Assembly (NCBI GenBank): GCA_041660325.1
Contig: JBAZWR010000001.1
Coordinates: forward strand, 702-64,701
Source: Thermodesulfovibrionales bacterium
GTDB taxonomy: Bacteria; Nitrospirota; Thermodesulfovibrionia; Thermodesulfovibrionales; SM23-35
Direction of reading: 5' to 3'
Length of the DNA stretch: 64,000 bases
In this document: one piece after another, positions 35,011 to 44,754 of the stretch
Layout: the number at the start of each line of letters is the position of its first letter
How positions within the stretch are numbered: the stretch's first letter is position 1
Notes under the pieces: generated by a model
The model's input: only the letters and a program-made list of their open reading frames with translations
Database searches by the model: none
Told to the model about the DNA's origin: nothing
Translations under genes and position numbers: made by a program

Positions 35011-38000
35011 TTGCAGGATAGACAAAAGACAATCCCATATCACCTCCTCGCAATTTTTTTTCTGCTTTCCTTTAGCATTGCAATAACCGGATACCTGTAC
35101 TATAAAAATCAGAAAGAACACATTAAAAAGGAAAAACATGAAGAACTTAATGCAATTGCAGACTTAAAGGTTGATCAGATCAGAGACTGGCGTGAAGAAC
35201 GCTTTAGGGACGCCAGCTTTATCTACAATAACCCGCAGATAGCCCGGCAGATAAAAGAGTCCCTTGAGTATCCCGGTTCGCCCGCTCTAAAAAAAGAAGT
35301 CCCCGGCTGGATGACCTCCATGTACAAGAACCGTCAATATAAAAGCATGTGTATTATAGACAGAAACGGCAAGATCATTGTCTCCGTCCATGAGGACAAT
35401 GCCGGAAAACGTTCCCGAGTTTCAAATTATCTGAATGAAGCGCTGAAGACAAAAAAGGTGTTCTTTTCCGATTTATACAGGGATGAAGTCAAAAACATTT
35501 TCATGGACATAGTTGTCCCCATTATATTTTCACAAAACAACGAAGAAGCCCCTGTCGGTTTTGTTGTCCTGCGCATTGACCCTTACCAGTTCCTCTATCC
35601 ACTGATACACTCATATCCCGTTCCAAGCAAAACAGCCGAAAGCCTGTTAGTCAGAAAGGAAGGCAGTGAAGTAGTGTATCTCAATGAGCTGAGGCACCGG
35701 AAAAATATGGCATTTAACTTACGGTTACCGTCAGCTCAAACTGATTTGCCGGCAGTGATGGCTGTGTTCGGCAAAGAGGGTGTAGTTGAGGGAAAAGATT
35801 ATCGCGGAATTCCTGTTCTCGCTGCAATCAAAAAGATTCCGGGATCACCATGGTTTCTGGTTGCCAAAGTGGATATGGAGGAGGTGTTTGCGCCCCACTA
35901 TAATCGTTTCAGGCTCATCACAATTCTCGTCTGGGTATTGATTGTATTGTCAGGCACTGCGGTTATTATGTTCTGGCGTCACCAACAGGCTCAATTCTAC
36001 AAGAAACAATATGACGGCGAGTTTCAGAGAATTACTTTGTTGCAGAAATATGAGCACCTGACAAAACTTGCCAATGATATCGTACTCCTCGTGGATGAAC
36101 AAGGCAGGATTGTCGAGGCTAATGACATGGCGCTTATTACGTATGGTTATGAACTGAATGAAATCCTTGCCCTGAATATAAGAGATCTGCGCACTCCTGA
36201 AGCACGGTCTGAAATTGCTTCGCTGATGAAGACAGTTGAGGAGCGTAACGGCCTTATCTTTGAGACGCTTCATATGAAGAAGGACGGCGCCATCTTTCCG
36301 GTAGAAGTCAGTTCAAGGGTGATAACAATAGCAGAACAGAAGCTCTTTATGAGTATCATCAGGGATATTTCGGAACGCAAGCAGACAGAGGAGGCGTTGA
36401 AAAAGAGCGAAGAGCTCTATCGTTCCTTATTCGAGAACATGCTTAACGGATTTGCTTATTGCAAAATGCTTTTTGAAGAAGGTCGGCCAAAAGATTTTAT
36501 TTACCTTGCTGTTAACAGCGCCTTCGAAATGCAGACAGGGCTGAAGAATGTTATTGGGAAAAAAGTATCCGAAGTTATTCCGGGCATACGAGACTCTGAT
36601 CCTCAATTGTTAGAAATCTATGGTAGGGTTGCTTTGACCGGACTACCGGAAAGGTTTGAGACTTATGTAAATGCATTAGGGATGTGGTTCTGGATTTCGG
36701 TGTATAGCCCGGTGCACGAACATTTCGTGGCTGTGTTCGACGTGATCACCGAGCGCAAACGGGCGGAGGAGGAATTGCGGAAGCTTTACCGTGCAGTGGA
36801 GCAGAGTCCTGCCTCAGTAATCATCACCGACCTGCATGGGGATATTGAATACGTGAACCCAAAATTTACTGAGGTCACAGGCTACAGTCTCGAAGAGGTG
36901 CGGGGAAAGAACCCGAGGATACTGAAGTCCGGTGAAACGCCGCCCGAGGAATACCGGAGGCTCTGGGAAACTATTACTTCAGGAGGTGAGTGGCATGGGA
37001 TGTTTCATAACAAGAGGAAAGACGGAGCGCTCTTTTGGGAGAGGGTCTCAATTTCTGCTGTCCGTGACAACTCGGGCGCCATTACTCACTTCATTGCGGT
37101 TAATGAGGATATAACAAACCGGAAGTGCCTTGAGGACCAGTTCAGGCAAGCCCAGAAGATGGAGGCGGTCGGACAGCTTGCGGGAGGCATTGCCCATGAC
37201 TTCAATAATATCCTAACGGCGATAATAGGATATGGGCATATTATCAAAATGAAGCTGAAGGAAGATAACCCTTTAAGGACATATGCCGATCGTATTCTTT
37301 CACTATCTGACAGGGCGGCTAATCTGACCCAAAGCCTTCTTTCCTTCAGCAGGAAGCGTATAATGAACCCCGAACCGGTAAACCTCAATGAGGTTGTCAA
37401 AAGAATAGATCATTTGCTGTCAAGGATTATCGGTGAGGATATTCGATTACAAACCACGCTTTCAGAGGAAGAGATGATTGTTATGGCGGACTCAGAGCAG
37501 ATAGAGCTGGTGTTGATGAACCTTGCAACAAATGCACGGGACGCAATGCCTGAAGGAGGGCTTTTAAATATCGGGACAGAAAAGATTGATATTGACGAGG
37601 AATTTATAAAGGAGCATGGTTTTGGGCGGAAAGGAGAGCATGTTCTTATATCGGTTGCTGATACGGGCGCCGGTATAGACATAGAGACAAGGGAGAAGAT
37701 ATTCGAGCCTTTCTTTACGACAAAGGAAGTCGGCAAGGGGACGGGGCTTGGGCTGTCCATGGTATACGGGATCATCAAACAGCATGAAGGATATATCAAT
37801 ATTTACAGTGAACCGGGTATGGGGACCACATTCAGGATATATCTGCCGTTGATAGAGGCAAAGGTAGAAGAGATAAAACCTGAAGTTATACAACCTTTTG
37901 AAATAGCCACGGAGACAGTGCTTTTAGCGGAAGATGAAACAGAGGTCAGGGAATTTACAAAGAAATTACTTGAGGAATACGGGTATAAGGTAATAACAGC

Positions 38001-38274
38001 CTCAAGCGGTCAGGAGGCGATAAACGAATTCAAGGCGCATAAGGACAAAATTCAGCTTGTGCTCCTTGACGTAATGATGCCGGATAAGAACGGCAGAGAG
38101 GCGTATGATGAGATAAAGAAGATAAGACCCGATATCAAGGTACTCTTTATGAGCGGGTATCCGGCGGATACCATTCACAAACATAAGATTATTGAAAAGG
38201 GATTTGCATATATCGAAAAACCTGCTTCACCGACAAAGCTTTTGAAAAAAATAAGAGAAGTGCTCGGACAGTAG
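35011..38274 (+). CDS. Hybrid sensor histidine kinase (TM - Cache-like periplasmic domain - TM - 3x PAS - HisKA/HATPase - receiver)
   Basis: The H-box is GGIAHDFNNILTAI, the N/G boxes are NLATNARDAM and DTGAGI...GTGLGLSMV, and the receiver is VLLAEDE...LLDVMMPDKNG. The start is a TTG in the track and is uncertain. Confidence 0.9.
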   Translation: MQDRQKTIPYHLLAIFFLLSFSIAITGYLYYKNQKEHIKKEKHEELNAIADLKVDQIRDWREERFRDASFIYNNPQIARQIKESLEYPGSPALKKEVPGWMTSMYKNRQYKSMCIIDRNGKIIVSVHEDNAGKRSRVSNYLNEALKTKKVFFSDLYRDEVKNIFMDIVVPIIFSQNNEEAPVGFVVLRIDPYQFLYPLIHSYPVPSKTAESLLVRKEGSEVVYLNELRHRKNMAFNLRLPSAQTDLPAVMAVFGKEGVVEGKDYRGIPVLAAIKKIPGSPWFLVAKVDMEEVFAPHYNRFRLITILVWVLIVLSGTAVIMFWRHQQAQFYKKQYDGEFQRITLLQKYEHLTKLANDIVLLVDEQGRIVEANDMALITYGYELNEILALNIRDLRTPEARSEIASLMKTVEERNGLIFETLHMKKDGAIFPVEVSSRVITIAEQKLFMSIIRDISERKQTEEALKKSEELYRSLFENMLNGFAYCKMLFEEGRPKDFIYLAVNSAFEMQTGLKNVIGKKVSEVIPGIRDSDPQLLEIYGRVALTGLPERFETYVNALGMWFWISVYSPVHEHFVAVFDVITERKRAEEELRKLYRAVEQSPASVIITDLHGDIEYVNPKFTEVTGYSLEEVRGKNPRILKSGETPPEEYRRLWETITSGGEWHGMFHNKRKDGALFWERVSISAVRDNSGAITHFIAVNEDITNRKCLEDQFRQAQKMEAVGQLAGGIAHDFNNILTAIIGYGHIIKMKLKEDNPLRTYADRILSLSDRAANLTQSLLSFSRKRIMNPEPVNLNEVVKRIDHLLSRIIGEDIRLQTTLSEEEMIVMADSEQIELVLMNLATNARDAMPEGGLLNIGTEKIDIDEEFIKEHGFGRKGEHVLISVADTGAGIDIETREKIFEPFFTTKEVGKGTGLGLSMVYGIIKQHEGYINIYSEPGMGTTFRIYLPLIEAKVEEIKPEVIQPFEIATETVLLAEDETEVREFTKKLLEEYGYKVITASSGQEAINEFKAHKDKIQLVLLDVMMPDKNGREAYDEIKKIRPDIKVLFMSGYPADTIHKHKIIEKGFAYIEKPASPTKLLKKIREVLGQ

Positions 38275-38395
38275 GCGCTCGGCAGGAAATCCGTATTGCA
38301 ATTCTTTCCAGGGATGATATGATCAAAATCGGCTTAAATGAAACTGCCTATCTCTCTTATTCCATGCTATGTTATGGGTAATTCATGGCTTATTT

Positions 38396-39208
38396 TCACC
38401 CACTCACTCTACACGATGAGCCATTATACATTTCCGGTCTTCTGTCTTTGAAGAGATCATTCAGTGCATTCAGGGATTTATTTCTTGCAGTGAGGGGATC
38501 GATCTCTGCAACCGATAATTCTTCATCGTTCTCCGTTGCCCTGATCAGGATATCCCCTGTCGGTGATGTTATCTGACTCTGTCCGATAAAGCGTAAAGAC
38601 TGCCCGTCTTTTCTGCTTTCCACACCGGTACGGTTTGCGGTTATGGCAAAGACCCTGTTTTCAAGACACCTGACAGGCATAGCACGGGGGCACCAGGGCA
38701 GCACCAGATTTGAAGGATGTGCAATGATATCCGCTCCCGTCAGGGCAAGCGCCCTCATGGATTCAGGGAAAAACCAGTCGAAACAGATCATGACCCCGAT
38801 ACGCCCGAGCTCCGTCTCCCAGACCTTGAAACCCGAATCACCGGGGCTGAAATATAGTTTTTCTTCAAAAAAAAGATGCGTCTTGCGATATGTTCCGATG
38901 AACCCGTGAGGCCCTGTCAGGATAGCGCTGTTGAAAAACCGTTCACCGTCTTTCTCGGGAAGACCTGCTACTATGTAAAGGTTCTTTTGGCGCGATAAGT
39001 CTGCGAGCACCTCGATTGTTCCGCCATCCGGTATCTGCTCTGAAAGTTCCGCCACCTCATCCTGAGAGACGAACTGGTATCCGGTTGCAAAAAACTCGGG
39101 CAGGACAAGGAGGTCCATGTCTGCATCCCTGACGGCAAGCAGGAGCTTTCTTAAATTTTCTTCTTTTTTCCCGAAGGCTGGATTGGATTGATAAAACCCG
39201 GCTTTCAT
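38396..39208 (-). CDS. Carbon-nitrogen hydrolase (nitrilase superfamily)
   Basis: The E-K-C triad contexts are LVLPEFF, YRKTHLF and GVMICFDWFFPE. Confidence 0.85.
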   Translation of the reverse strand: MKAGFYQSNPAFGKKEENLRKLLLAVRDADMDLLVLPEFFATGYQFVSQDEVAELSEQIPDGGTIEVLADLSRQKNLYIVAGLPEKDGERFFNSAILTGPHGFIGTYRKTHLFFEEKLYFSPGDSGFKVWETELGRIGVMICFDWFFPESMRALALTGADIIAHPSNLVLPWCPRAMPVRCLENRVFAITANRTGVESRKDGQSLRFIGQSQITSPTGDILIRATENDEELSVAEIDPLTARNKSLNALNDLFKDRRPEMYNGSSCRVSG

Positions 39209-39220
39209 AAACCCTTAAAT

Positions 39221-39535
39221 TTATCCTGTAACATCTTTCAGCCATGTCAGGTAATCATGAGAGCCTTCAACAAGGGGCATTGCGATGATTTCAGGGACTG
39301 TGTAGCTGTGAAGGTCTTTGACTTTTTTCGAGAGTGATTCAAAAAGATGTTCACGGGTCTTTGCGATCATGAGGACTTCAGGTCCATCTTCTATCTTGCC
39401 TTCCCAGTTGTAGATCGAACGGATTCCTTTGATTATATTTACGCAGCCCGCGAGTTTGGCCTCTACCAATGCCCTGGCGATGTTTGCGGCCTCTTCTTCA
39501 TTTGAGGCTGTTATGAAAACAACAATGTTGTCCAT
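39221..39535 (-). CDS. cutA: Divalent-cation tolerance protein CutA
   Basis: This 104-aa ORF reads VVFITASNEEEAANIARALVEAKLAGCVNII..IRSIYNWEGKIE...HSYTVPEIIAMP. Confidence 0.88.
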   Translation of the reverse strand: MDNIVVFITASNEEEAANIARALVEAKLAGCVNIIKGIRSIYNWEGKIEDGPEVLMIAKTREHLFESLSKKVKDLHSYTVPEIIAMPLVEGSHDYLTWLKDVTG

Positions 39536-39589
39536 ATCTTCACCCTCCTATCCGTCCCGTCCCATCAAGGGAATGGGAAATGAAAGAGG

Positions 39590-40090
39590 CTAACCATTTT
39601 TTGCCTGCTTTATGTAATATTCGATTTCAAGAAGTCTTCTCTTTATATCAATGCCTGCTGAAAAGCCGCCGATATTGCCGTCTGATTCTATAATGCGGTG
39701 GCAGGGGAGGATAATGAGGATCGGGTTTCTGCCGAGAGATTGTCCTACCGCCCTGAAGGCATTCGGCCTGCCGATCTTTTCGGCAAGCCATTTATAGGTT
39801 CTCGTCTCTCCAAAAGGGATTTCTTTTAAGGCCATCCAAACGGAATGATCGAATTCAGTTCCTTTGGTAAAAGATATTGCCTGAGTAAAATCAGCTTTGC
39901 CGTGTTTGAAATATGCTTTGAGTTCCTTGTGCGCGAGAGCGGAGTGAGAGCTTTTGCGGGGCAGGTCAACGGGTTTTGTGAAATCGATCCCGCAAAGGGC
40001 TTCCCCGGCAAATATCAGATACAGGGCGCCTACAGGACTCTCAAATGTATCGTAAAAGGAATCAATACTGCTCAACCTCTTCTTTTTCAT
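39590..40090 (-). CDS. ogt: Methylated-DNA-protein-cysteine methyltransferase
   Basis: The active site IILPCHRII is present, along with FGETRTYKWLAEKIGRPNAFRAVGQSLGRNP. The start was set at MKKKRL; the track ORF extends to 40195. Confidence 0.88.
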   Translation of the reverse strand: MKKKRLSSIDSFYDTFESPVGALYLIFAGEALCGIDFTKPVDLPRKSSHSALAHKELKAYFKHGKADFTQAISFTKGTEFDHSVWMALKEIPFGETRTYKWLAEKIGRPNAFRAVGQSLGRNPILIILPCHRIIESDGNIGGFSAGIDIKRRLLEIEYYIKQAKNG

Positions 40091-43000
40091 GTTGTTCCTT
40101 AGAGTAGACCTCAACCCTGTCGCCGCCTTTGCCAAAGGCGCGGGCCAGGGCTTTTTCAGCGCATAAGATAAATTCTTCGGTTGACTGACCATCAAGGAAG
40201 GTAAGTCCTATGCTGGCGGTTATATGCCCTTTGGGCTGGGAATTCTCATAGATAAAAGGATAGTTTTTTATGATGGCATTAAACCTGTTGCTCATTGAAA
40301 GAGCGGCTGCAATCATGGTGTTCGGCAGCAAGATGGCAAAGGAATCACCGCCGTAGCGCACGACAATATCAGAGCCGCGTATGTTTTTTCGTATCAGGTC
40401 GGCGACCTTTTTTAGTGTTATATTTCCATAATACTCTCCATGCTTTTTTGCATACTGACTGAAATCATCCAGATCAAGCAGAAGGAGGTTGAGAGGCAGC
40501 TTGTACCTCGTTGCCCGCTCTACTTCCTGCGCCAGCCTGATCTGGAAATATCTGTGACTGAAGGCCCCTGTAAGCTCGTCTATCAGTCCGGCCCTTTTCG
40601 GATACAGTATCTCAAGTTCTTTGATGTGGCTGACTAATTCTTTGGTATCAAAAGCGAATTTCTGGACTATTCTCTCGATCTTTCCCACGAGGGACAATCT
40701 TTCTTCAACCGAGATATCCCGTTCGGTCAGGATAAAGATCGGTATGTCTTTTGTAGAAGGGTTTTCTTTAATTTCTTTGATTGCGTCATACCCGAGCATG
40801 TCCGGCAGAGTGAAATCAAGCAGGATGACGGCAGGTCTCAGAGCGGAGGCGAGTTCTATCCCCCTTTGTCCGGTAGCGGCAGTATAGAGAAGAAAACCCT
40901 GCGGCTCAAAGATCTCCTTCAAAGAATTGGTCACCTCGTCCTCTGATTCTATGATCAGGATAGAAATGGGCAGCACCCTTTTACCCTTGGCAATAGTTAT
41001 CTCTTCAAGTTTGGATATCAGGGCCTCCCGGTCCAAAGGCTTCAGCAGGTAGTCTGTAGCGCCGAGTGCAAAGGCCAAATCTTTATTATCAACTATGGAA
41101 TGGATGATTACCGGGATCTTCGCGGTTGTCGGATCGCTTTTAAGCGCCTGCAGCACTTCCCAGCCGTCCTTCTTCGGAAGAAGTACGTCCAGCGTAATAG
41201 CAAAAGGCTGCATTGCAACCGCCTTTTCAATGGCCTCTTCGCCGTTAAAGGCATGGGCGACCTTATATCCTGACTGGGTTAGATGAAGGGTAAGCAATTC
41301 CGCGGTCGAAAGGTCGTCTTCCACAACAAGGATAAGGGGCGCCTCATCCTTCATCCATGGGAAATTGAGGCTTATTGCTTCCGTATCTTCTATAACTGCG
41401 GCCTCGCTGACAGGTGATTCGGCGGGGATTGTAAAGGTAAAGGTGCTTCCCTCGCCAAGGTTGCTTTCAACAAATATACTCCCGCCGTGAAGCTCAACCA
41501 TCTTTTTTGACAATGCAAGGCCGAGACCTACGCCGCCGTATTTCTTGGAAAACGTAGAGGTTGCCTGCTCAAATTCGTCGAATATTTTTTCTTTGTCCTC
41601 AGGTCCGATGCCGATGCCGGTGTCCTGAACAGAGAATCTGATAAATTTGAAACCGGCCCCGTTTCCGGACAATGCAGGAGAGGGGTTTTCTTCCCTCGAA
41701 ACATCAACTCTTACCATGCCGCCTTCAGGCGTGAACTTTATAGCGTTGGAAAGAAGGTTGTACAGTATCTGTTTCAGCTTTATACGGTCTGCAGTCAAGG
41801 AGCTGATACCTTCGCCGATAGATACAAATATCTCGATAAACTTGTTCTCGGCCAGCGATTTCATTATATTGATCACTTCGCCTATTACATCATCAATAGT
41901 GAATGTTTCATAGACCATCTCATATTTACCGGCCTCTATTTTTGCAATATCAAGCACATTATTGATGAGTTCAAGAAGGTGCTTGCCTGAAGTATGGATA
42001 TTTTTAATATATCTTTCCTGGTGTTCGGTGAGGCTACCGAACGTCATGTCCAGAAGCACATCGGAAAATCCGAGGATGGAGTTGAGCGGAGTCCTGAGCT
42101 CATGACTCATATTGGCTATGAATCTGCCTTTGAGCTGGTTTGCATACTCCAGTTCCCTGTTTATCTTCTCAAGCTCTCCGGTCCTCTCGATAACTTTTTT
42201 CTCCAAATTCTCTCTCAGGTCTTTGATCTCTTTTGATTTCTCTTCAACGACCTTTTTTAAATTTATCTCGTCTTTCAGGCTCTTGAACAGGAAAATCAAT
42301 TCGGATGGCATTTCTTTAGCATTTTTCAGGGAAACCGCATTCAACTGCATATCCATTTCCCTGCCGCCGGACCCGACCAATGTAACTTTATGCCCTCTCA
42401 ATACCGAGTTGGCGGAAAGTTCATTATGAACAGACTCCCACCTGCCGTCTTTCATCAAGGATTGAATACCCATTCCGTTCAGATACTGCTTTGAATAGCC
42501 GAGCAGTTCGACGGCCCTGTCATTAAATGCGCTGATTGCTCCGGAAGGGTCCGTTATGAGCACAATATCATTCGAACCTTCCATTATATGAAAGGTTATC
42601 AGATTGAACTTTTCAGCCTTTTGCATAAAAGCGAGCCTATCTATGAACAGAGCGATAATGCCCGTTATAAGCGCTAAAGACGCCTGCTGCCTGTCCGAAA
42701 ATTGACGCGGCTTAAAGTCGTCGATATACAGTATCCCTGCAACCTTGTTTCCAAGCAATACCGGACAGGCAAGGAGGGAGCGTATCTTCTCGCTGATTAA
42801 GGCAGGGTTATTTCTTGTATAATCTACTTTAAGGGTATCCTGAATAATGACGGTCTTTTTGTTCCGGACAATATCATCTGCAAGTCCGCCCGGTATAATG
42901 GCCCAGGTCTTGTTTTCCGTAAAACGCTTGCTTAAGCCTTTATACGCGATCAGTTTCATCTCGTCATGCTCGTGAAGAACAATGCTGCCCGCAGGGGCGT

Positions 43001-43451
43001 CGATCATCTCAAGAGTTTTATCAAGCATATATCCGAGGAAATCCGCAAGCCCTTCACTTCCTCCGAGTTTCTGCATGATGCTGAAAAGGGTCTTCTGATC
43101 TTCGATTGTCTTAAAGGCTTCGATCTTGGCCCTTTTCTGTTTTTCGATGATCTCCCAGATGAGTCTTGCGCCTGTGCCTTCAATTACTTCAATCTTGTAA
43201 GCCGATGCCGCTCTGATTTCATTGCTGAGTTTGACGTCGCCTGTAACATTGATGACCATTTCGGGTGCGGCATTGCAGAAAGATTGAACTTCGGTAAACA
43301 CCGGAAGGTTCCACTTCTTTGCGAGAATGGCGCCGGGGGAGTCAAGTTTTTTTTCGAAAATTCCGACCAGTTCGGTGTTGGCGTCTCCCCGGAGCAACGA
43401 AATAAGAGCGCTTGCTCCTATGTTGCCGCCGGCAATCGCTATTCTAAGCAT
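40062..43451 (-). CDS. Multidomain signalling protein: Rossmann-like N-domain - GAF - PAS - HisKA/HATPase - 2x receiver - degenerate GGDEF
   Basis: The H-box is FIANMSHELRTPLNSILG, with HATPase motifs DTGIGI...GGVGLGLALSKK. Two receiver domains are present (LVVEDD..., LIIESED...). The GGDEF domain reads RYGGDSFAILL, with RGSD (RxxD) five residues upstream. Confidence 0.88.
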   Translation of the reverse strand: MLRIAIAGGNIGASALISLLRGDANTELVGIFEKKLDSPGAILAKKWNLPVFTEVQSFCNAAPEMVINVTGDVKLSNEIRAASAYKIEVIEGTGARLIWEIIEKQKRAKIEAFKTIEDQKTLFSIMQKLGGSEGLADFLGYMLDKTLEMIDAPAGSIVLHEHDEMKLIAYKGLSKRFTENKTWAIIPGGLADDIVRNKKTVIIQDTLKVDYTRNNPALISEKIRSLLACPVLLGNKVAGILYIDDFKPRQFSDRQQASLALITGIIALFIDRLAFMQKAEKFNLITFHIMEGSNDIVLITDPSGAISAFNDRAVELLGYSKQYLNGMGIQSLMKDGRWESVHNELSANSVLRGHKVTLVGSGGREMDMQLNAVSLKNAKEMPSELIFLFKSLKDEINLKKVVEEKSKEIKDLRENLEKKVIERTGELEKINRELEYANQLKGRFIANMSHELRTPLNSILGFSDVLLDMTFGSLTEHQERYIKNIHTSGKHLLELINNVLDIAKIEAGKYEMVYETFTIDDVIGEVINIMKSLAENKFIEIFVSIGEGISSLTADRIKLKQILYNLLSNAIKFTPEGGMVRVDVSREENPSPALSGNGAGFKFIRFSVQDTGIGIGPEDKEKIFDEFEQATSTFSKKYGGVGLGLALSKKMVELHGGSIFVESNLGEGSTFTFTIPAESPVSEAAVIEDTEAISLNFPWMKDEAPLILVVEDDLSTAELLTLHLTQSGYKVAHAFNGEEAIEKAVAMQPFAITLDVLLPKKDGWEVLQALKSDPTTAKIPVIIHSIVDNKDLAFALGATDYLLKPLDREALISKLEEITIAKGKRVLPISILIIESEDEVTNSLKEIFEPQGFLLYTAATGQRGIELASALRPAVILLDFTLPDMLGYDAIKEIKENPSTKDIPIFILTERDISVEERLSLVGKIERIVQKFAFDTKELVSHIKELEILYPKRAGLIDELTGAFSHRYFQIRLAQEVERATRYKLPLNLLLLDLDDFSQYAKKHGEYYGNITLKKVADLIRKNIRGSDIVVRYGGDSFAILLPNTMIAAALSMSNRFNAIIKNYPFIYENSQPKGHITASIGLTFLDGQSTEEFILCAEKALARAFGKGGDRVEVYSKEQHEKEEVEQY

Positions 43452-44448
43452 CTACTTTATAGCCCTTGTTTACTAAAGAGATTATCATGTCCATAAAATA
43501 GCTGAGCAGTTCAGAGTCCCATTGTCCATCGTACCGTTCCGATTTCATGGTCTCTACGGTTGCTTTTACAGACCTCCGATTACGGTATGGGCGCACTGAA
43601 ACCATTGCATCAAAAGAGTCAACAATAGAAAGTATCCTTGCCATGAGAGGGATATCGTCCTCGGCAAGTCCGTCAGGAAATCCCATACCGTCCCAGCGTT
43701 CGTGATGATGGCGTATGGCAGGCAGAATCTTCTTCATGGAAACAAGGGGCCTGCATAATTCCTCTCCAAGGACAACGTGTGTCTTTATCATCTCCACCTC
43801 TTCTTTTGTCAGAGGACCCGGCTTGCGAAGCAGTGATTCACTCAGACATATTTTCCCGATGTCATGCAATATTCCGGCCTTTTTCATCTCCTCTCTGTCC
43901 TTCTCGGATAGCCCGAGATAGAGGACAAAATCGGCGGAGAGCTTGCTCACCCTTGAGGAATGTCCTTTTGTATATGGATCTCTTGACTCCATTGCTACTG
44001 CAAGGGTCATAATGATATTTTCAGAGTGGTCGAGTTCCTCATTTAACGACTTGACCTTCAGCAGTGATTTAATCTTCATAAGGAGTTCTACCGTGTCAAA
44101 GGGTTTACTTATAAAGTCGTCAGCGCCCGACTCCAAGCCCTTCAGTTTGCTCTTTCTATCTGTTAGGGCTGTTAAAAGTATTACCGGGAAGAAACGTTTT
44201 CCGGATATGTCCTTGAGTCTGCAGCAGAGTTCAAACCCGTCGATCCCCGGCATCATAACATCGAGGACAGCGAGATCAACAGGATGATTTTGAAATTTAT
44301 CGATTGCATCAGAGGCCCCAAGTGCGGTATAAACTTTAAAGCCTTCTTTCTGAAAAACCGCCTCCATCAGTTCCAGATTTGATGGGATATCATCAACAAC
44401 CAGGATGGAAGGCTTCTCTCTTTCAATAAGACACGTAAAAGGGCCCAT
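43444..44448 (-). CDS. Response regulator with HD-GYP c-di-GMP phosphodiesterase domain (RpfG family)
   Basis: The receiver is ILVVDDIPSNL...VLDVMMPGIDG. The HD-GYP domain shows HSSRV...LHDIGK...HHERWDGMGFPDGL. The start is uncertain: the ATG at 44448 or the TTG at 44484. Confidence 0.88.
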   Translation of the reverse strand: MGPFTCLIEREKPSILVVDDIPSNLELMEAVFQKEGFKVYTALGASDAIDKFQNHPVDLAVLDVMMPGIDGFELCCRLKDISGKRFFPVILLTALTDRKSKLKGLESGADDFISKPFDTVELLMKIKSLLKVKSLNEELDHSENIIMTLAVAMESRDPYTKGHSSRVSKLSADFVLYLGLSEKDREEMKKAGILHDIGKICLSESLLRKPGPLTKEEVEMIKTHVVLGEELCRPLVSMKKILPAIRHHHERWDGMGFPDGLAEDDIPLMARILSIVDSFDAMVSVRPYRNRRSVKATVETMKSERYDGQWDSELLSYFMDMIISLVNKGYKVDA

Positions 44449-44538
44449 GTAAAAGATTAAACCATTAGAAGAGATTTTTGTCAAGAAAATTCTTTAATAA
44501 TGAAGTGTTACAGTGAAAACTTAACCTTTTTCTTAAAA

Positions 44539-44754
44539 TTAGACCAACCTAAGTCCGGCATAATAGCAACAACTTTCATTATTAAGGTTGTTCATAAAAG
44601 ATCTTTCTACGCCGTCTGCAAACAATATGCGGACGAGGCATATTCCTCCCGGCAGGGTTGAATGTTTCTCCTCAACAACCTCGCCTTCACCCCAGGAATT
44701 ATAGTGTATGTGCCTGACTAAATCTCCGACTTTCAGATATAGTCTTGGTTTCAT
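44539..44754 (-). CDS. DUF3553-like small protein
   Basis: The sequence is MKPRLYLKVGDLVRHIHYNSWGEGEVVEEKH.... The ATG overlaps the TonB-like stop codon. Confidence 0.6.
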   Translation of the reverse strand: MKPRLYLKVGDLVRHIHYNSWGEGEVVEEKHSTLPGGICLVRILFADGVERSFMNNLNNESCCYYAGLRLV

